Assembly (NCBI RefSeq): GCF_009914755.1
Contig: NC_060947.1
From: the human T2T-CHM13v2.0 reference genome, Homo sapiens
Strand: one strand, 5' to 3'
DNA: 64,000 nt
The notes under the pieces: model-generated
The model's input: only the letters and a program-made list of their open reading frames with translations
The model's database searches: none
Told to the model about the DNA's origin: nothing
Position numbers and translations under genes: made by a program
Shown: in pieces, positions 56,450 through 64,000 of the stretch
How positions within the stretch are numbered: position 1 is the stretch's first letter
Layout of the letters: each line of letters begins with the position of its first letter

Positions 56450-57720
56450 CACACACGCACACCCGTCCGGGTCCCTCTCGGTGTGTCTTCCTTCAAGATG
56501 ACAGGGCGCTGGAGAAAAGGCTGCTGGAATCAGCTGGTAGGTACAGTAGTAACCCGAGCCCCACCCACCGGCTGCCTTTGCTTGCTCAGGTTTCTCCGGT
56601 CACTCCTGCCAGGGGAGAAGACATGTAAACGTGCCTCCAGAGGAAGGGCTGGGGGAGCTGGGAGTGGCGGGGGCGGCGGAAGGTGAGCCTGGGAAGGTGG
56701 CCGAGCACCCCTTCTTCTTGGGCCCTTCCCAGTGCTCCCTTGGGGTGTCAGCCCCAGCCCCGTTTGCCCCCACTCCGCCTCCCTTTTGGAAGGGATTGCC
56801 TTTTTTTTCCTCTGCGGCGGCGGAAATGACAGTGTGGTGCTGCCGTGGTGTCATGGTGCTGCCCCTGGACTGAGGGGCGAAAACTCTTAAGTTTAGCTCG
56901 GGAGGCCCAGCTGCGGTAGCATCGCGGCCGCCGTGCTGTCCCCTGCGGGGCGCGCGGGCTGGCGGATCCCGGCTGCTGCGCGGCGTCGGCGACGGTAGCG
57001 GCAGCGGCGGCGAAGGCGGGCGGCGGCCTACAGTGGTAGCGGCGGCGGCGGCGACCGGGGCCCGGGAGCTCGCGCCGGAGCCCGAGCCAACCCGCTGCGG
57101 AGGCAGACGAGAGCCCAGCGCCCTCGAGCGAGCGGAGGAGATGGCTGGCACCTGGGAACGCTATGGGTAAAACGCGCCCCCTCGCCGCGGCCCTGGAGGT
57201 CGAGCGTCGTAGCCCTCGCAGGGCTAGTCTCCGGCTCCGGCCGCTTTTCAGGTGCCGCCGGGGCCCGGCGTTGGCCGAGGGCTCTCCGGCTCGGCGAGGC
57301 AGGGTGATGGGGCCCGCGAGGCTCGAAACGGCGACGGGGGCCCCAGCTCAGCTCCGGCTCTCAGTCATGCTGTTGGGGCCCGGGTTCCTGCCACTGCCCT
57401 CCTGGGACGGAGTTTGCACTCCGGGGTGCGGGGCGGGGGCGGCCGAGGCCTCTGCGCAGCCTGGCCGGGCCCGGCGCGGGCAGTCGAGCGAATCCCCCGG
57501 CGCCTGGGCGCGAGTCTGGGAAAGGGCACGGCCGCCTTCCCACGCTCCCGCAGCCGGCAGCCTCCTCGGCCCAGGCGTCGCCCCTTGGCCGGCCGTCTGC
57601 CGGGCGGTGCTGTCGCAGCAGCCGGCGTGGCTGCGGACGCCCTGCCGGCGGGGAGGCCCGGTGAAACTTAATCCCTTTTCTGCCAGGGAGCGATCCTCGA
57701 GTCTCCGTCTGGATGGTTCC
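56450..57720. promoter_or_regulatory. MID2: MID2 CpG island / promoter and 5'UTR
   Basis: Very high GC and CpG density, GC boxes and GCG runs surrounding the MID2 ATG. Confidence 0.85.
57163..57166 (+). CDS. MID2: MID2 (TRIM1) first coding exon: ATG plus G, then intron 1; rest of the gene lies beyond the window
   Basis: gctATGG|GTAAAA: ATG in good Kozak context followed by a donor. Consistent with the recalled MID2 N-terminus (MGES...) and gene order TSC22D3-NCBP2L-MID2. With only 4 coding nt, identity rests mainly on synteny. Confidence 0.7.
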
Positions 57721-58646
57721 TTATTTCTGGCCTAGCTGTGAAATCAGCTCTGTGGGGGAGAGGGAAAACTTACATATGTCCACAGGACAGACTGCGACGC
57801 AACCAGGGAGAGTGGGGATTTTCCATTCCTGCCTTGTAAGAATTAAGTAAATAACGGCGGAGTAGATTTACAGAAACATTACTGGTGATGATAAGGTTTA
57901 GGTTACTTAGCACTTCGTGTGTTGCACATTATTTTTCAGAGGTGTTTCTTCTTAGAGCAGGAAATTGAAATCCTGCAGTCGTTGTACTCTTTACTTTCTC
58001 TCTTCCACGGTCCCCTACCCGTTTTCAGGATCACTCACCTTCCTATGTCACAACGCTTACTTGCCTACCCAAATCCCCCAGCAGAGCCCCTTGGACCCCA
58101 GCCTTTCCCCATCAACGTGTGCACTCCCAGCCTCCCAGCCATGCAGCATCTTACTTCTCAACCACTTTGCCTTTTTGAGGATTTCTGAGTGTGGGGCGGA
58201 TAGATGGTGATGGTTGTGTGTCTCTGAGGATGAGCCCTTATAAAGGAATATATTGGAAACTAAATAGAGAAGTACTGTGTGTGGGTTGATCCCTCTGATT
58301 CTCAAGTTGGGCCAGAAGGGCTGCCTTTAACCCCATTCTGCTCCGTCCCAGTACTCTAATCAGTTCTCTGGCAATATTCCAATAGAAGGGAGTTGCTGAA
58401 TAGGGAGTTCTCCTCCCCTACTTTTCTTCTGTTTGGGGAGTGGTTTCATTGTACCCCAGATGGTTAGCTTCCCCCTGCCCACCCCCGACCCTCACATCCC
58501 CCTGTCTGTCTCCTCTCATGACTGTACTGAGGGAGAAACTGTCTTTGCTATTTTTATATATTCTTGCCCAATCAATGAACTTAACATGGATATGTAATGT
58601 GAATTAGATTTTTCCTGGTTGCTCCTCACAACTTGATTTATGTGTT

Positions 58647-59410
<764 letters not shown>

Positions 59411-59619
59411 GTGGTTAAAACACAGGTCCAGGAGTCAAGAAGATCAGAGTTCATCCCAAATATGATGATACATTGGCTTATGGCTTTAGGACATTCCTAT
59501 GACTTTTCTTTCATAGTTGGTGCACTTGTGTAAAAGCTATAATATTGTGTACTGGGTATTGTTAGTCTTGACTTGGTCCTTTGAAGATGAAAGGGTTCTG
59601 TAAACCCTCAGCATTATAC

Positions 59620-59909
59620 TTTTTTTTTCCTTTGAGACGAAGTCTCGCTCTGTCACCCAGGCTGGAGTGCAGTGGTGTGATCATGGCTTGCTGCAGTCTT
59701 GACCTCTCTGGCTCAAGCAATCCTCCCATCTCAGCTTCCTTAGTAGCTGGGACTATAGGCACACACCATCACACCCGGCTAATTTTTGAATATTTTGTAG
59801 AGACAGGATTCACCATGTTTCCCAGTCTGGTCTCAAACTCCTGAGCTTAAGGGATCCACCTGCCAAGTCCAAGTGTTGGGATTACAGGTGTGAGCCACCA
59901 CACCCAGCC
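59620..59909 (-). mobile_element. Alu (AluJ-like)
   Basis: Reverse Alu; TSD cattatactttt. Confidence 0.9.
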
Positions 59910-61930
59910 AACATTATACTTTTCAAAGAAAGCACTTCCTTTACCTTTTACTGAGTTAGTGGATTGACTGGGTGTAAGCAGGAATCTTAGCTTACTGAAA
60001 ACCTTTAGCTTCCCACCCCCAGAGCCAAATCGTATCATTGTACGTAGGTCCTAAATCTGGTTTTTCTCCAATACATGTTCAACTGAATGAAAACATACAT
60101 GCAACTAGGCATACAGAGTAATAATGATCAATTTAAGTTGAGGCTTGAATCATTTCTAATGCACTCTAACCTAACAATCTGAGTCAGACTAATTTGAAGA
60201 CATAACCTCACCCATTTTTTAGCCTATATGGGGGCAGTTTGTTAGCTTCTAATGAAAAGTGTCATAAATAATTTGGGGTATGGCTATATAAGCATGATTA
60301 GCACCTAGTAGCAGAGTCAACAATATTAAGCACCTATAATGTGCAGAGGACCTCTGCTGATTGGGCTGAGGCCCCAGATTTAGCCCAGTATTTTGGCCTC
60401 CTGCTTGTTCCACGCCAAACTCCATACTTGCAACTCCAGGATTAGGTCAGGGAGGGGCTGTGCAGGACATGGGTAGAGGCTAGGGACATGAAAGGGTGGT
60501 TGTGTCCCTCTTATTTGTTTTCATGACTACTAGAATTCTCGTCTGGCATGTTGCACCCTGCAAGGCCACCTCTGGGAAGTACTCCTGTAAATCAGAGTGA
60601 CTTGATTGCTTTATGAACATATCATCTGAATGGTGCAAATTGATTTAGATAAAACTGATTTAGTTAATCCCTTCCCTAAGAGCAGGGAAACTTGCTTCAA
60701 CTCGCAGATCCTAAAGTGGTGCCAGTGGAGTCTCACAATTGCATCCAAATATTGCTCTGAGTAGTGAGCCTGTCCATTCCTTCATCCCTCCTCCCATAAA
60801 ATCTGCTGACACCACAATAATTGACAAGGGAACTACACAAGGAGTATGTCTGTCTTCATCATTCAGCAAACCTCATTGGCTTGGTGAAGAGGAGAGAATG
60901 TTGTCTTCTCATTCTATCCCATAGAACTCAAGCTCTGTCTTTTCAGACAGGGACACAGAGCCCTTAAAAGGGTGAAGACAGGGCTGTGGGCACAGAATAT
61001 GTCTCAAATGGCTGCTCTTGGAAATACCTGCTTGGTCTTGTGTGTGTCTGCCATTCAATCTTTATGAATCTTGGTAATATCCTTGCTGTTAGGCCATGGG
61101 GCTCGGCTGCTAGTAGAGGCCAGGGGGTGCTCCATTTCCATTTAGCATTAAGTTTTTGTCCTCTCTTTGGCACAAAAGCGAGAATGAAGCTCTGTGTTCA
61201 TGAAGCACTCCTTACTCATTAAGCTGGGTGTCTTGACTTAGAACATTGCATCATCAAAATATGAGATGTAACATGTTGATACTGGATATACAACAGTTTT
61301 GGATAATTCAAAATTGTTTACATTTTGATAAATGAAATTTTGGTACCAAGATGGTGTTGCACTAACATCTGTACTTCAGGTCTCTCAAAAAATATTGTGT
61401 TCATCACTAAGCAGTGTACAGAAGAGACTAGAAAAGTGTTTCTCAACTGGTGTGTTGGGTCATGCTAGCAAGTGAGAAGACCAGATGAGTGGTGTTGAGA
61501 CAAGAAATTCCAGCTGTAATTATCTTCTTGTACAGATAGCTAATCTACTTTTTATTTACCTCCTCAATATATTAAATATGTTCCTTTCTCCACTTTCATG
61601 TATTAAAACTCTGCTAAGAGTTTTCTGTGGGCTTAAGTAGTCTGTGGCTGTTTCTATTTGTTTCTCTCTTTCTGTCTTCCCCTTCTTTATGACCATAGGC
61701 AGATATAATCCTTTTGATGATGAATCTCCCAGATGCTGAGTTTTCTTTTAGAAATTCTATAAATTACTAAGACTACTAGATAGTATAAGATGCTTAAAGT
61801 GTGGGTGGTGGAGGGATTTTGAGTAATGTGCCAGCATCCCATTATTTCCTTTTCCTTGTGGGATTCACCTGAATACACTCTAGGATGCTGGTTCAGCCTA
61901 AGTGGGTTGGCAAAGTATCATTTGTAAGCA

Positions 61931-62407
61931 TTATCCTACTTGGGTTCTGGCCTCCCTGCAGAGCTCTGGCTGCCTGACCTTGGGCTTTGTCTCAGCTTCC
62001 TTCCCGTAGGTCAGACTCCGCTGGTTGATGAACGGCATCCCCAGTCTCTGGATCATCGTCTTACTGAGACCGAACAATCTGATAACAAACCCATCATACA
62101 ATCTGAAATCGTCCTGAAACATGAAATCCCAGTATTTGCAATTTGCCTGGATAGGAGCATAATGTATGGGCATGGCAGACAATGCTAATTCATGACAGTG
62201 AAGTGTCTTAATATATACAGCACAGAGATAGAAAAATGGTTTACGATCCAGATCCTTGATCACTTTGTGTATAGCCCTTTGTTCAGTGTTGCTAGGATCC
62301 ATGTGGTTCCCAGGGAAGTAGAAGCTTGATTTCAAATAGGCCTCTGTTCTCTGTCCCTTGTTTCTGACCTGAACTTGGGGTCCTCTCAGCCTAACATTCA
62401 ATAACAT
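61931..62407 (-). other. Unassigned 158-codon antisense ORF in MID2 intron 1 (candidate small gene or pseudogene)
   Basis: ATG-initiated, not recognisably repeat-derived, locally elevated CpG, AATAAA on the minus strand at 61556-61551. No homolog recognised. Confidence 0.25.
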
Positions 62408-64000
62408 GTCTTACATACATATATTGCCATTTTTATTGTGTAGATGACTGCCTGTCCAGGTGAACCACTGAACATTTAAAAACTTACAAATATTTTGTTG
62501 GGTAACAGAGGTTAGGAAAAGCAATCCTAGAGGAGATGGAAAGCTGTACCAGTAGTCATAGGTAAATTAAGTTTGTTTTCCATTTGTTCCTCAACCCTGC
62601 AACTGCCAGTGTAATCTGCATTAAGATAAAGGTGTTATGAATTGTATTTAGGATTCCTGTCAATTATCATGTGTTACCTTGGCAAATCCATTTGTTGGTT
62701 ACTTGGATTAACCTTTTGGGTTTGTAGCAGATTTAGGACTTCTAGTTCTGCTATTTTGATACTCATTTTAATGTTTATATGATGACTATCTTGTATAAAA
62801 TACTCAATGTTTGGATTTAAAAACTAATTATTGAAAAGAACATACATTAATTCCATGTACTATAAAATATTAAGTAGGCTTTAATAACCTATTAGACAGG
62901 AGCTGGCACTGGTGCTCTCTGCCAGTCGGTAATCAGCCTCCAGTTCTGAGTTCTCCCTGTGCAGGATGAAAGTTTAAGAGAAAAGAAAAGAGACAGCCCT
63001 TCACTTGGAGAGGGGTGGGGATCCCAGTCTAAAAGTGAAGACATGAGCATAACAAATACCATGATCAGTCCCATGATCTTCCAGAAGTCTTGTGGAGGAG
63101 TGTGATTGTCTGCCATTATGTCAACCATGTGTTTGGGATGAATTTCCAAACATTTTTGGCTTTTCTTAATAACTTGCTTTGTTTCTATAATCTATGAATG
63201 TATGATGAGAATACCTGTATTTGTAAAGTAAACTAATACTTTTATTTTATCCTCGTCTGATCCTCACAATAGCCCGTGAGATGGGCAGGGCAGGTATTTT
63301 TCATCTGATAGATGAAAAAGCTGTGGCCCAAAGAGTTTAAATGTACCTAGGATTGCTCGGCTAATTTGGTTTAGATCCAGGACTACAACCAGGCTGTATT
63401 ATGAGGGTCAAATGAGATAATGGCTTTGAAATAATTTGAAAAGTATAAATTGATATACAAATGTAAGGTGGCTATTATCAATTATTATTACTGACCACCT
63501 AGCCTCTTCTGTCTAGGTTTCTATTTTCAGTTCTTATCCTATAGTGTGTGAATTCGATGCATTGGTTGCCTTTTGTGTTCCAAAATGATCTGCTTTGAGC
63601 TTCAAGGGGTTCTTTTCTAATCATGGTGTTCTAGAATTTGGATTTTGGTTTCTTTTACAGCCCCCAAATATATTCTCATTAGTTTATATTCCCATGGGAC
63701 TCTTCTCCCCTTTAGTTGTCCTCTGGAACATCCATTATGTCTTTTTTGAGATACAACAGACAAAAACCACTGTACTTTGAGCATCTTAGTAATGCATTTT
63801 GTTTATGTCCTGCTCCAGTGGCTGTGATGTCTATCACTTGTTAGCCTTCCTAGTCACACTAATAAATAAAAGTTGTGTTTTTAGGAGCTAGTTTACAATA
63901 ATCCAAGCTGTCTTTTTATGTGGTAACAGATAGCAAGAGCTCTATAATAATCGGATGTCAGAGCTGGAAAGCATCTTAAAGAGATCGTCTGGTGATTCTA

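Noticed and set aside
56249-57735. Long ORFs 57163-57735 (190 aa), 56600-57151 (183 aa) and 57252-57671
   Set aside because: CpG-island artefacts. 57163-57735 is read-through of the MID2 ATG into intron 1, giving low-complexity Arg/Pro/Gly/Ala sequence.

Overview
This is primate (almost certainly human) genomic DNA from the Xq22.3 TSC22D3-NCBP2L-MID2 interval. Gene identities were recognised from memory of the encoded proteins, not from a database search. The window holds three genes: (i) the first coding exon of the long TSC22D3/GILZ isoform on the minus strand (ATG at 6158, donor after 5839) in a CpG island; (ii) the intronless 153-aa NCBP2L ORF (CBP20 retrocopy, 24957-25418, +), probably driven from a promoter at ~8.2-8.6 kb that is head-to-head with TSC22D3; (iii) the MID2 CpG-island promoter and first exon (coding ATGG at 57163-57166, then intron 1). 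The rest is mostly interspersed repeats: about 30 Alus, L1, L2, CR1/L3, MIR, hAT and Tigger MITEs, a solo LTR8-type LTR and a complete MSTA-type MaLR provirus. Repeat subfamily names and boundaries are approximate. There are no prokaryotic-type systems (CRISPR, operons). The best leads are: a non-repeat, CpG-retaining 158-aa antisense ORF in MID2 intron 1; loss of cap-contacting residues in NCBP2L; a diverged direct repeat bracketing NCBP2L; a microhomology-flanked 157-bp templated insertion inside an Alu; an in-frame CUG in strong Kozak context upstream of the TSC22D3 ATG; an out-of-frame uORF overlapping the MID2 start; and a nested AT-rich palindrome array. None of these is demonstrated to be a new system; all are testable hypotheses.
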